The position numbers and the translations under genes are program-made. From assembly GCA_000004985.1 (NCBI GenBank), contig GG738927.1: 64,000 nt of DNA. The stretch is one strand, 5' to 3'. Below, piece by piece: positions 1 to 9,773 of the stretch. The notes beneath the pieces were generated by a model. It searched no databases. It had not been told where the DNA came from and worked only from the letters and a program-made list of their open reading frames with translations. Positions within the stretch are counted from its first letter, which is position 1, and each line of letters begins with the position of its first letter. Origin of the DNA: Naegleria gruberi. Taxonomy: Eukaryota.

Positions 1-199
1 GAGGGCGAAATGAATGGTATTCGTACTGGAGAATTCTCTTCCTCCTCATCAAACACTCTCCCCAGTACACATTTCACTTCTTCCAATTCTGTTGTGTTGA
101 TAATATGATGAATGAATCTTTGGATAATCAAAATCCAAATAATATGAAACGATTGAATTGACAGAATTTCTGATATGTGAATCAGAAATAACTTCAAAT

Positions 200-1177
200 T
201 CAGGTCTCATTTTGAAATGAATTTCCCAAATTGACTGTAACTCCTTTCTGTAATTTCTTAATTAGAATATCTGGTTTGGTGAAGAGTACTATTTTTCTTG
301 TGTCCATTAATTCTGGAATACTGTTCATAAATTTAAACATCCTTTTGGTATCTTGAATTCTCAAAGTTTGCGAATCATCTTCAGCTAGATATTGATCTAT
401 CTCTGAAAGTGAGATCACCAAAAAGATTGTTTCTGGCATGGAAGCCAAAGACTGCATCCATGTTCTTCTTTCAGTTCTAGCCCCTCCCACATCCCTGAAA
501 TAGCCATACCTGAATTCAAATTGTTTGCTTGAATTTGTACATTCATAACACCACGTCAAAGGAAGAAAGCTTTCGTTTGGATTTTCAATATTTTCCAAGA
601 ATTCTGGTAAATTTTCCAGCATTTGAAGGTTCAGTCTTGAATGTAAATTGATGCTATTTTTGTGTTCATTGCAATATTGTGAAATATTTAAACTTATTTC
701 ATTCCATCTAATTTCGTATAATTCTCGCATATTTGGAATTTTCCAAACATGGATTAATAATTCACAAAAATCAAAATTAGAAACTTGTGGAAAGGAATCG
801 AATAAATCCCAATCTTTTATCCTGATAATTTCCTCAATTTTATCCAAAGTCGATTCAAATCTCTCTAAAATCAACCCTTTCATTTGCTTTCTTTCACTTT
901 CTTCCAAAATACTCCACAATTTTCCCATCATTGAACAACAAGCATACTGCAAATCATGCTCAAACTCTATTTTACTCGAATAAAACCATTCCTTCCTCAA
1001 AATATGTTTTGCCAAATAATACAATGTTGATTTTCCACTATTGGCTGTTCCAAAAAGTGAGCAGCCCTCACCTATTTTTCTCCTAATGGGTTGTTGTTGA
1101 TTGGTTGCATCCGAAGGCAGTTGTTGCTGCTGATGATGATGATTATTTGGTATCGGATGTGATTGTTGTGCTCCCAT
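200..1177 (-). CDS. G-protein alpha subunit-like protein (divergent, switch II reads DVGGAR). The C-terminus is probably incomplete or continues in an exon beyond the window start
   Basis: N-terminal MGAQQS myristoylation motif; P-loop GEGCSLFGTANSGKST; DVGGAR in place of DVGGQR; TKPD in place of NKxD. ATG at 1175-1177 with A-rich upstream; the track start at 1204 lies 9 codons upstream. The ORF stops about 20 aa after TKPD, whereas Gα normally has about 80 aa more. Confidence 0.6.
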   Translation of the reverse strand: MGAQQSHPIPNNHHHQQQQLPSDATNQQQPIRRKIGEGCSLFGTANSGKSTLYYLAKHILRKEWFYSSKIEFEHDLQYACCSMMGKLWSILEESERKQMKGLILERFESTLDKIEEIIRIKDWDLFDSFPQVSNFDFCELLIHVWKIPNMRELYEIRWNEISLNISQYCNEHKNSINLHSRLNLQMLENLPEFLENIENPNESFLPLTWCYECTNSSKQFEFRYGYFRDVGGARTERRTWMQSLASMPETIFLVISLSEIDQYLAEDDSQTLRIQDTKRMFKFMNSIPELMDTRKIVLFTKPDILIKKLQKGVTVNLGNSFQNET

Positions 1178-1380
1178 TTTTTTCTCTAAGGAAAAGTTCA
1201 CCATCTTTTCTTTTCAATTTTTTGTAATTTTTGATATAGTTTACAATAAATAGCAGCTCATATATTAGCAATTATTGAGATCATTTTTGAACATTGTTGC
1301 ATACTGGACGGAAACATAGAACAAATCGTTTCTTTTCCAATTCCAGTTCAGAAAAAATTGTCACAACCATAACCACCACC

Positions 1381-1827
1381 ATGACACTCCACGCACGATC
1401 TTATACCCCAAGTGGTGGTGTTGCTACTTCCTCTTTTGTGATTGCCATTATTATTATTGCCACCATGTTCTTATTAATTCACTCTTCCAATGCCTTGAAG
1501 TGTTATAGTGGCAGTTTCACTGGTAGTATCACTCCGATTACTTTGCAGAATAATCTGACTCAGGTTTCAATTAGTGCCTCTGGTAATGTGTGTTATAGTT
1601 ATAAGGTGGCCATGAATGGAGTCTTGAATGTGTTCGGAGAGATGAGCAGCAGTGAATGCTCTGCTACCAAGAGTAAAGGTTCTCCCTATTTTGATGTTGC
1701 ATGTTGTGCTGTGAGTGATTTGTGTAATACTGGAGCTACTAGTGGTGTTGTTGCTGTTCCGACAATGTCTTCTTCATTGATGATGTTTGTTGGTTTGATT
1801 GTTTGGTGTTGTTGCTTAACGTTTTAA
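1381..1827 (+). CDS. Small secreted Cys-rich Ly6/uPAR (three-finger/LU)-like protein with an N-terminal signal/TM segment and a hydrophobic GPI-anchor-like C-terminal tail
   Basis: Hydrophobic segment SFVIAIIIIATMFLLIHSSNA. Cys pattern CYSG...CYSY...EC...DVACCAVSDLCN, matching the C-terminal CCxxxDLCN of LU domains. Ends in hydrophobic MMFVGLIVWCCCLTF. Start taken at Met30 of the track ORF (1294). Confidence 0.4.
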   Translation: MTLHARSYTPSGGVATSSFVIAIIIIATMFLLIHSSNALKCYSGSFTGSITPITLQNNLTQVSISASGNVCYSYKVAMNGVLNVFGEMSSSECSATKSKGSPYFDVACCAVSDLCNTGATSGVVAVPTMSSSLMMFVGLIVWCCCLTF

Positions 1828-1944
1828 TTATTTTCCAAATTCAACTGAAAATTCTGTTTTATCAAAAGTCAACATAATTGTAAATAGAGTAAATTATAAT
1901 TTCCAATAAGAGTTCAATAATCAATAGAGAAAATATTTTCTTCT

Positions 1945-4167
1945 TTAATAATTGTCTTCTTCATCGACGTGAACACCAGTCAAGTGAGAGTGATTGGAAT
2001 CTCCAGCAATGTGCCAACTGTTTGGATTTGACTTTCCGATTGGAGCAGAACCACCCAATTGACCCTTATGAGCATTGTGTTCCTTCAAAAATACATCATG
2101 GAAATTCTTCCAGAAATCTAATGAGGCAAATGTGTTAATTAGTGACTCGTTAGATGTAGCTCCAGTTGAGGCAACCTTATTTTGGATCAGTTCAACCATA
2201 TCTAACAAGTATCCCATACCAACAGTTCCTTTCCATGATTGACTATCAGCGGATTTAATAGTCTTACACTTTTCAACGATACGTTTACATAATTGAATAT
2301 CTTGCACCAATAATTTGGTCTTTAAATCAACAACAGATCCCTCGGAAATTGATAAACCACAAACAGCTGCAACCAAATTGTAAAGTTGCTTGTGTAAAAG
2401 TGAGTTGAAATCAAACTTGAAGGAAAGGTCTACAATAATTGCAGTGGAGGAGGTTTCCTTCAATGATGCAATAATTGAAGAAATAACCTTTTGAACAGAT
2501 TGTTCCTTTTCATTCTTTGAATATTGGAGGTTGACCAAACTCTTTTGGAGACTTATTAATTGTGAGTGAATGGTAACAATATAGTCAATAGTAATCAAAC
2601 GAACTTCACCAAGGGTTTCCTTCAATTCAACACCACATTGAAGAACTTGTATAACTTGTTGTTTTGGAGCTACATTGAGAATGGCAGTCAACTTTTCAAG
2701 AAGAGATGATGAAGTCAATGACTTTAAAGCTTCAACACCAAGTTCGATAACTTTGATATCAGTTGCAGATAATGTGGCATAGTCAAGAGTAGTAAGCATG
2801 GAAATGGCAGAAATGGCAGAAACAATTTGAGTCAAGAGATTCTTCATAAATTCAATTCCCAAAATGAAAAGTGATCTTTGAACCTCATTGGTTTGGTCAC
2901 ACTTTAAAATAATATCCCAAAGTCTTTCAATATTGGTTGTTGATAAAATAGATTGAATAGCTGGCAAAGTATAGCTTGGTCTCTTTGTGAGTGATTTTTC
3001 AATCAATTGAGTCAAGAGAGAAAAGATATTCTTTTGTTCATCTTCAATTTCAATGTTCAAATCTTCATCGAAAACTTGTGTAGTATAACTTTCAAGCTTG
3101 TTGAGCAATCTATCAAGCATAGCATATTTAGAGAATGTCCATTCTTGAACTGCCTTGTATGTTTTCATTTCTTCACTATTTTCCTCTTCACTTTCATTAC
3201 CAAATGATGAATTTGAATTGACAGAGAAGGAGTAAGAGTCAGAGAATGAAGAGAACCCGCTCAACAATTGAATGAGTTGAGTTTGAGTTTGGAAAATCAT
3301 AGATTCCATTCCAATAAACTTCAAGAAGAAGGTATCAAAGTCACACAAACCAATATTTCTAATAAATAAGTTTTCAAAGAGAGCCTCGGAAGTTGCAGTA
3401 AGCGATTCATCAACAGTCAAACTAACTGGAAGAGCCTTTTCATCAATAATTTCACACATTCTTTTCACAACATCAATATAATACTTGTCTGGTTTTTCCA
3501 AAATGACCAACATGGCCTTGATCCAGTATGTTGAAAGACTTCTATTCTTTGGGATAAAGTATGGCTTTCTTGTGAGAAGATACTTGATGAGAAGCAAATC
3601 CAAAAATCGTTCTCCATAAACTTGATAATTTTCATCTTCACTCTTGCTAATAAGAGCACTATTAATACCATCAATAAAACAACCGAAAATTTCAGCAACA
3701 ACATATGGATGTTGGAAGATAGCCTTGAGTTCTGGTCTATTTTCCAATTCTTCTAATTTATCTTTCATTGGAAGATTTGCCAAATATTCTTGCTTCATCT
3801 TTTCTTCTTCTTGTTTGGCTTGTTTTCTAATGGAATCCGATGAAGTATTTTCTGTTGTAGCTGATGATTGATCATCCCATGAACCAAAATCGTCATCAAA
3901 AAAGTTTGAAGCTGTTTTTGGTTGATTCTTCTTATTCAAAATATCATCTTCAAAGTACTCCTCCACAGAAATATAATCAATTAATTTACGTAAATTCTTG
4001 GAATTGGTGAGGAAGGAAATCAACTTTGGATTCAAGGATTTGACTTCTTGAAGCAAGGTTTCTTGATCTAAAATTTCTTCCAAGGTTGTTGATGGATTAT
4101 CGAGAATGGTATCCAACGATTCAAAAACTTCGTCATCCGAGAACAAATCCCAAACACTTTGAGCCAT
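1945..4167 (-). CDS. SAPS-domain protein (SIT4/PP6 phosphatase-associated regulatory subunit-like)
   Basis: 740-aa ORF. N-terminus (WDLFSDDEV...LDTILDNPSTTLEEILDQETLLQEVKSLNPKLISFLTNSKNLRKLIDYI) matches the conserved SAPS N-terminal block. ATG with A-rich upstream. Confidence 0.55.
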   Translation of the reverse strand: MAQSVWDLFSDDEVFESLDTILDNPSTTLEEILDQETLLQEVKSLNPKLISFLTNSKNLRKLIDYISVEEYFEDDILNKKNQPKTASNFFDDDFGSWDDQSSATTENTSSDSIRKQAKQEEEKMKQEYLANLPMKDKLEELENRPELKAIFQHPYVVAEIFGCFIDGINSALISKSEDENYQVYGERFLDLLLIKYLLTRKPYFIPKNRSLSTYWIKAMLVILEKPDKYYIDVVKRMCEIIDEKALPVSLTVDESLTATSEALFENLFIRNIGLCDFDTFFLKFIGMESMIFQTQTQLIQLLSGFSSFSDSYSFSVNSNSSFGNESEEENSEEMKTYKAVQEWTFSKYAMLDRLLNKLESYTTQVFDEDLNIEIEDEQKNIFSLLTQLIEKSLTKRPSYTLPAIQSILSTTNIERLWDIILKCDQTNEVQRSLFILGIEFMKNLLTQIVSAISAISMLTTLDYATLSATDIKVIELGVEALKSLTSSSLLEKLTAILNVAPKQQVIQVLQCGVELKETLGEVRLITIDYIVTIHSQLISLQKSLVNLQYSKNEKEQSVQKVISSIIASLKETSSTAIIVDLSFKFDFNSLLHKQLYNLVAAVCGLSISEGSVVDLKTKLLVQDIQLCKRIVEKCKTIKSADSQSWKGTVGMGYLLDMVELIQNKVASTGATSNESLINTFASLDFWKNFHDVFLKEHNAHKGQLGGSAPIGKSNPNSWHIAGDSNHSHLTGVHVDEEDNY

Positions 4168-4660
4168 TTCTTATTGTTGATGATGATGAAAATTAAAAAC
4201 AGAAAAACAAATAGCAGCAAGTGATGATGTAACCGAAATTTTTTTCGATTTTTTTAAAATTAAATTTTTTTAATTGAATTCAAAATCATGTTTTACAGCT
4301 CAGTTAAGTATTGCAAGACAAACAGAACTGCTTGTTGAAATGATAAGGATAAATTGAAATATTGAAATGATCATTACTATTGGGTTCTTTTTCAATTTAA
4401 AATTATAAATTTAAAATAATTCCGTTCAGCAATTTGATTTCCATTGAGAAATAATTCGTACGCAATATTTGTGCTACTGTTGACACGTGTGTTGTTGTGA
4501 TTAGTTTGAAGATTGGCCCTTCTATCTTGATCTATTTTGCGTTCAATTTCTTGGCTGCGCATGCATTAAATTCAATATCAAATTCAAATGGAGCGGATAA
4601 TAAAATTCTCAATTTGTTAATTGCAACATCCATCGATTTAGAAAAAACCCAAAAAACAAA

Positions 4661-5887
4661 ATGCACAACATTAGCAGTCTAGACAACAGCACTTCCTCTC
4701 CATTATTCGATTTGATATGGCAGAATAAGAATGCTTACTATGAGCATTTGGCACTCTCCAATAAACATCAACAAGCCAAGAAGGAATCTACTAATTCCTC
4801 TGAAAAGGAGTCAATGAATGAAGAGGAAATTGATGAAACTCTCCGATATATTGAAAATCCGTATCTTGTTGTAGAAAACAAACCAGACACACATTTCATG
4901 CTATTGGCAAAAAATCCAGAAACTGAAGAAGGACAAGTCATGACTTTCTATAATCAAATCCATATTAATCCAGACCTTAATGATGCTAACAAATTGGATG
5001 AAGAATTGAATGGATGTTTTGAAAAATCAGCCCAACTCAAAGTTCCAATAATTTGCAGTGTTCCAACAAACGCTAAAAACACCTCTCAGATAATGGATAA
5101 GTTAATTAATAAGGGGTTCATACCATCTGGTACTGGACCAGGAATGATTTTGAATTACTCTACATTTGATAAACAGAAAGCCAAAGATGCACTGAAATCC
5201 AATTCTGAAAAGTTGGAAATTGGTGAATTGAAACAAGTGAATTGGATACACAGATATGACGATGAACACCCTGATAATATCATGTTGAGATTATGGTGTT
5301 ATACTTTGGTTTCTTCATTTGGATTCTATTCTAAAGAGACAACTGCAAATCATTTCTATGAGGTGTTCAGACATGCTCGTTTTGGACCAGAAGAATCTCT
5401 TAGAATGTTCTATGTACTCTATAGAGAAACTCCAGAATCTAAACCAAAAATGATTAGTGTAGCCACACTCTTCGTAGAAAAGGAGAAGAGTGTGTGTGGG
5501 CTCTACAATGTTGGTACTGTAAAGGATCCAGCTATTAGAAGGATGGGTTCTGCTCGATTATTGTCCTATCATGCAGTTTTTGAAATAGGACAGGAAGAAC
5601 TCAATTTGAAATATTGTACCTTGCAATCTTCAAAGGCAGCATTCAATTTGTACAAGCAATTGGGATTTGAACACATTGGAGATTGGAACATGATTGTATA
5701 TCCAGATAATGTTCACTGGTTGTTAAATCTCTTACTCAAGTTGGTTTTGTTGAGATTTGCCATGCGTCTGTTGGGTGTGAGAGATCTTTCCGAGGGATCG
5801 GCTTGGAAAAAGTTGCTGGCCTTTGTAGTGCTGTGGTTCTCATTTTTGGTTACTGTCATATTTTGGGTAGCTCCTCAAATTCAATAA
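4661..5887 (+). CDS. Hypothetical protein with a GNAT-like acetyltransferase motif and a C-terminal TM helix
   Basis: 408-aa ORF. RRMGSARLL...AAFNLYKQLGFEHIG resembles GNAT motifs A/B. C-terminal hydrophobic LLAFVVLWFSFLVTVIFWVAP. Confidence 0.35.
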   Translation: MHNISSLDNSTSSPLFDLIWQNKNAYYEHLALSNKHQQAKKESTNSSEKESMNEEEIDETLRYIENPYLVVENKPDTHFMLLAKNPETEEGQVMTFYNQIHINPDLNDANKLDEELNGCFEKSAQLKVPIICSVPTNAKNTSQIMDKLINKGFIPSGTGPGMILNYSTFDKQKAKDALKSNSEKLEIGELKQVNWIHRYDDEHPDNIMLRLWCYTLVSSFGFYSKETTANHFYEVFRHARFGPEESLRMFYVLYRETPESKPKMISVATLFVEKEKSVCGLYNVGTVKDPAIRRMGSARLLSYHAVFEIGQEELNLKYCTLQSSKAAFNLYKQLGFEHIGDWNMIVYPDNVHWLLNLLLKLVLLRFAMRLLGVRDLSEGSAWKKLLAFVVLWFSFLVTVIFWVAPQIQ

Positions 5888-5892
5888 AATCC

Positions 5893-7281
5893 TCAATTTC
5901 CAGATAATTTCAACCATTTTCCTAATAATTGTTCCATGTTGACATTGTTATGTGTTGTTGATGATGATGAAGAGGAAATGTTTTGATTAATGATATCATT
6001 TGTAGATGTAGAATCATTGTCTGTGAAAAAATAATTCAATGAGGATGCTACCATCAATTTGGAACAAGTTATTGCTCCTTTCATATTGGCTAGAGCTATC
6101 CTTTTGAATTTTTCATGTTCCAATCTAGTGGGATGATAATTTCTAGCAAAGCATTCAGATCTAACAATTTTTAAACAATGAACCATATAAATCTGTAGAG
6201 AGCTAGCTTCAAATAGTTGAAAATCTTTACATTGATAAATATCCTTACTCTGATCGTATAGATAATTGAGACAGGAGGTAAGAGCAGTGGCAGTCAACTC
6301 AGAAGCTGAACCCACAAATATTTTTACACCTTCCTCTATAGCTTTAAATATTTGATGTGATTTTGGGTAAAACTTAGGATCAAACTCTGGTCTTGAAGTG
6401 CTACTCTTTTCCATCATTTCAATATTAAACAATTTGGTGATAAACTCGTGTTGTCCCTCCAAAATTAAATTATTTTCGGCTTGCTCTTCCATCAAATCCA
6501 ATTCAAACTCCTCATCAAAATCTATTTCATCAATATCTACTTCATCCTTATCCTCTTCCTCATTAATAATCTCAACTCGGTCGAATATTGTTTCACTCGT
6601 AACTGATTCTCCACTTTCACTAATTATATCATAAGTTACAGCTTGTTCATTACTAAGATCAGATATTTCTGAAATAGGTTGAGTAATTAAGGTGAGTGAT
6701 ATCTCATGTTCGTCCCTCCAAATTATTTCCTTAAAATCCAAATCAATAATGGCTCTAAATTCTGTTGGGTCCACAGTTCCTTGTTTGGCCTTGTTCACAA
6801 ATTCTTTACCATCCAAAAATTCCTTTTCAATATCACTTGCTCTCTCCTCAGCAATGACTTTGAAAGAAAATAAAAGTGTTGATGGTTTCAAATGGCACGG
6901 ATAAAAAGCCTGTTTAAATTGTCTCATATAATTCGTGACATTCTTCAAGTAATCCTCAGTGCCAGCTCCTTCCACTCGCACAAAGATCGGAGTTCTCTTC
7001 AAACTCTTAATCATGTGTGCCTTCTCACCAACAGAAAGCCTAGAGAAAAAGGAATTAAAATAATAATTTTCACGATATTTAACAATGACTGTATCGGTGA
7101 CTAGATGTTCTCGAGAAACCTTCTCCGATTTGATTTTTGTTTTTTCTCCCGATTTTACATTTAATGATGTTGTTGTTGTTGAAGAAGGAGTTGTTGTACT
7201 ACTTCTCCTAGAAGAAGAGGCAGCATCAGCAGATGAAGAAGTTTTTCTTGCCTTCTTGCTCCTTGTGTTTTTTGTTCTCAT
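5893..7281 (-). CDS. Hypothetical protein with a basic Ser/Thr-rich N-terminus and an acidic central region
   Basis: 462-aa ORF; ATG preceded by an A-run. Convergent with the previous gene with a 5-bp gap. Confidence 0.4.
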   Translation of the reverse strand: MRTKNTRSKKARKTSSSADAASSSRRSSTTTPSSTTTTSLNVKSGEKTKIKSEKVSREHLVTDTVIVKYRENYYFNSFFSRLSVGEKAHMIKSLKRTPIFVRVEGAGTEDYLKNVTNYMRQFKQAFYPCHLKPSTLLFSFKVIAEERASDIEKEFLDGKEFVNKAKQGTVDPTEFRAIIDLDFKEIIWRDEHEISLTLITQPISEISDLSNEQAVTYDIISESGESVTSETIFDRVEIINEEEDKDEVDIDEIDFDEEFELDLMEEQAENNLILEGQHEFITKLFNIEMMEKSSTSRPEFDPKFYPKSHQIFKAIEEGVKIFVGSASELTATALTSCLNYLYDQSKDIYQCKDFQLFEASSLQIYMVHCLKIVRSECFARNYHPTRLEHEKFKRIALANMKGAITCSKLMVASSLNYFFTDNDSTSTNDIINQNISSSSSSTTHNNVNMEQLLGKWLKLSGN

Positions 7282-8059
7282 TTTTTTGGCTGATTGTCTG
7301 GACTATTGAGTTTACAAAGTCAAGATGGTGAAACTATTAACATTGAGTGTTTACATTGATAATGAGTTGTGGAGCTAATTTTCTGTTCACTCATCTTTGA
7401 GAAATATTTCGAATAGAATATTAAACCAATTATTCCACAAACAAGTGTTTTCTAAGGTTATTGCTCACGATCTGCTTACAGTTTTTTCTATACAACAAAA
7501 TTTCTATCATCATCTATTAATATTTCTATCGGAAAAAAGAGACATTCCCACAAATATTTTCTATACACTCATCATGACCCATTAATATAATTTCTCCTTT
7601 CCCAACACTTGTACTATTAATTCCTTCTCAGCCTTAAGAATATAAAAAACCAACAAAGCTTAAAAACTCTTCTTTCAGGTTGTAAATGGCAATGGAGGCA
7701 TTTTTAAAAACAACACAAAAAAAAGGAAAATACAAACTCTGTTATAAAAATAGCGCGCACGTGGTCGGAAAACAAGTGTTGCCAACGAGCTTGAAAATTT
7801 CTTCTTCTCTTGAGAACAGCAGTGCGCTTTTTTATTAATAGGTTTAATTTCTCATCATACTTATAGTAATACAATAATACATTGGCTATTCTTTGTTGAA
7901 TTTGACAAATTTAAAAAAAGCCAGCTTTTCAAAGTTCCGAAGGCTTTCATCAAATTCTAACAACAACAAACTCTCTCTTGCTAAATAGTGTACATACAAT
8001 CTAAAGAAGCTAACAGTAATAATAGTAATATAATATAATTTGTAAATAATTTGTAAATC

Positions 8060-9244
8060 ATGGAAACACAAGATAGTGTAACGGTTAAATTATTTAAACC
8101 ATTAAATCACGATACGAATCCATACTTGTTTGTCAATGATGAACATAGTGATACATCATCTGATGTGAGTAGTAATAGAGAGTTTCAAAATATGATTGAA
8201 GATTTGAGGAGAGAAAGAAAACAAATGGAACAACAAAGTCTCTACGAAAGTCAACTACACTCCTCGAGACACTCTTCATCAGCAGAGGAGGAAATCAATT
8301 CATCAACCTTTACTACTGATTTGGATACTATTCAAGCATTAAATGTATTACAAAATTATATTCTTAAAGAATATGAAACTCTTAAAAGTAAAATTACTAG
8401 AGAATTAAAGGAATCTTGGACGATAATAGATGAAAATGGGAATAGTGTTGATGATGAAATGTCAATACAATCACTTTATCTTGAACATTACAAAATCAAC
8501 AAGATATTTCACGAGCGATTAACTGCTATATATAATAGTTTTAATAGAGAATACTTTTCCTTCAGTAAGGCCACAACTCTGTTAGAATTACATAATGCCA
8601 CTACTGAAATAAGTGCACATTACGATAGAATGTCTCTCAAATTTTCCAAAGCTTCAAAATCATTTAGACAAGTTCCTGAAATTCAAATTGTTCAAAGCTC
8701 GCCAATTGTAAAGAAAGGCATGTCTTCTCTCTATGAAGATATTGAATCAGATGGAGAAGAGAGTGACGATGATAGTGTAGTTGAACAAGTGGAAGGGTCT
8801 ATTCTTACTGAAAATGCCCTACAACAATATAGAAATGACACTAATGAACATGACTATTCTCCGGCATATTCTATTGTTACGAGTTCTACAGTGTTGACTG
8901 GACCTTTCAGTCCTCTTATCACTCCAGTTAATCCTGTTCAAAATAATAATATATTCGATGATAATCACTCTATTCATACTGTTACAGAGGATGGCAGTAT
9001 TGAAGATGAAAATAATAATCAAAGTACAGATTCTGTCAAGACAGTTCATCGAATTGCAACAACACCAAAATTAACTAGTAATAGCTTTTTCGCTCTTCCT
9101 TCCGAACTCGATGGTAGTACCATCGTTACTGAGCTATTACGAGTCATTGTTGAACAAGGTTTACAAATTTCTGAAACATTCAACAAGTATTACGCGAATG
9201 AATTCTACAAGAATGCAAAATTATCTCAAAGTGAGAGTAAATAA
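8060..9244 (+). CDS. Hypothetical protein
   Basis: 394-aa ORF with ATG start (aatcATGgaa); no recognisable domain. Confidence 0.35.
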   Translation: METQDSVTVKLFKPLNHDTNPYLFVNDEHSDTSSDVSSNREFQNMIEDLRRERKQMEQQSLYESQLHSSRHSSSAEEEINSSTFTTDLDTIQALNVLQNYILKEYETLKSKITRELKESWTIIDENGNSVDDEMSIQSLYLEHYKINKIFHERLTAIYNSFNREYFSFSKATTLLELHNATTEISAHYDRMSLKFSKASKSFRQVPEIQIVQSSPIVKKGMSSLYEDIESDGEESDDDSVVEQVEGSILTENALQQYRNDTNEHDYSPAYSIVTSSTVLTGPFSPLITPVNPVQNNNIFDDNHSIHTVTEDGSIEDENNNQSTDSVKTVHRIATTPKLTSNSFFALPSELDGSTIVTELLRVIVEQGLQISETFNKYYANEFYKNAKLSQSESK

Positions 9245-9405
9245 AATCAAAGTATTCAAACAAATTAAATGATTTAAAGGTTGTATTTGTACAATTTAGA
9301 TTTCAAAATTGCCTTGGGTGAACCCTTCTAGTTTGTAATTTACAACAATAATCTAAAATGTAAATTCCTTAGAGATCTCAATCCACTCGTGGCAAAATAA
9401 TCAGA

Positions 9406-9693
9406 TTAATCATCAGAATCATCAGAATCATTAGAATCAGCAGAATCAGCAGAATCCTCTGAATCCTCAGAATCCTCATAGGACTCTTCCTCTTCTCTCT
9501 TGAATTTTGGAGCAAGAGTTCTCAAAAACTTATCCTTCAAAGCTGCAGGCGTTCTACATGTGTGAAAGGTTGTAGAATAAACTTTCAATATCTTAGTCCA
9601 ATTATCACTGAATCGTCTGTATCCTTCCTCTAACTTGTCCATCTCTTGTTCAGACCAAAATCTTGAGCTAGACTTTTTGGTAGGGGAAGACAA
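9406..9693 (-). CDS. Myb/SANT (telobox-like) domain plus acidic SD-rich tail. Likely the terminal exon of the upstream large gene rather than an independent gene
   Basis: W-SEQEMDKLEEGYRRFSDNWTKIL...RTPAALKDKFLRTL matches the Myb/SANT three-helix pattern with a telobox-like LKDK. Its reading frame stays open upstream through the stop of the 9774..14053 gene. Confidence 0.5.
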   Translation of the reverse strand: MSSPTKKSSSRFWSEQEMDKLEEGYRRFSDNWTKILKVYSTTFHTCRTPAALKDKFLRTLAPKFKREEEESYEDSEDSEDSADSADSNDSDDSDD

Positions 9694-9773
9694 TATTGAC
9701 CTAGCTGCAGAGTCAGAGAGAACAGTACTATTCCTACTTTTTCTTCGACTAGATTTTCTCTTTTCTGTCTTTT

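Noticed and set aside
648-983. 111-aa + strand ORF inside the Gα-like gene
   Set aside because: Antisense to a well-supported CDS; low-complexity ILS-rich translation typical of antisense AT-rich coding DNA.
3007-3871. Several 60-80-aa ORFs on both strands within the SAPS gene
   Set aside because: Embedded in or antisense to the 740-aa SAPS ORF; no motifs.
6398-7309. Four + strand ORFs of 70-78 aa
   Set aside because: Antisense to the 5893-7281 CDS; Ser/Leu-rich antisense artefacts.
7740-7850. GC-rich palindromic motifs (agcgcgcacgtgg…cagcagtgcgc) in an AT-rich intergenic region
   Set aside because: Isolated; possibly a promoter element (a CACGTG E-box-like motif), but there is no supporting repetition or structure. 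A similar gtgcgcac occurs at about 45035.
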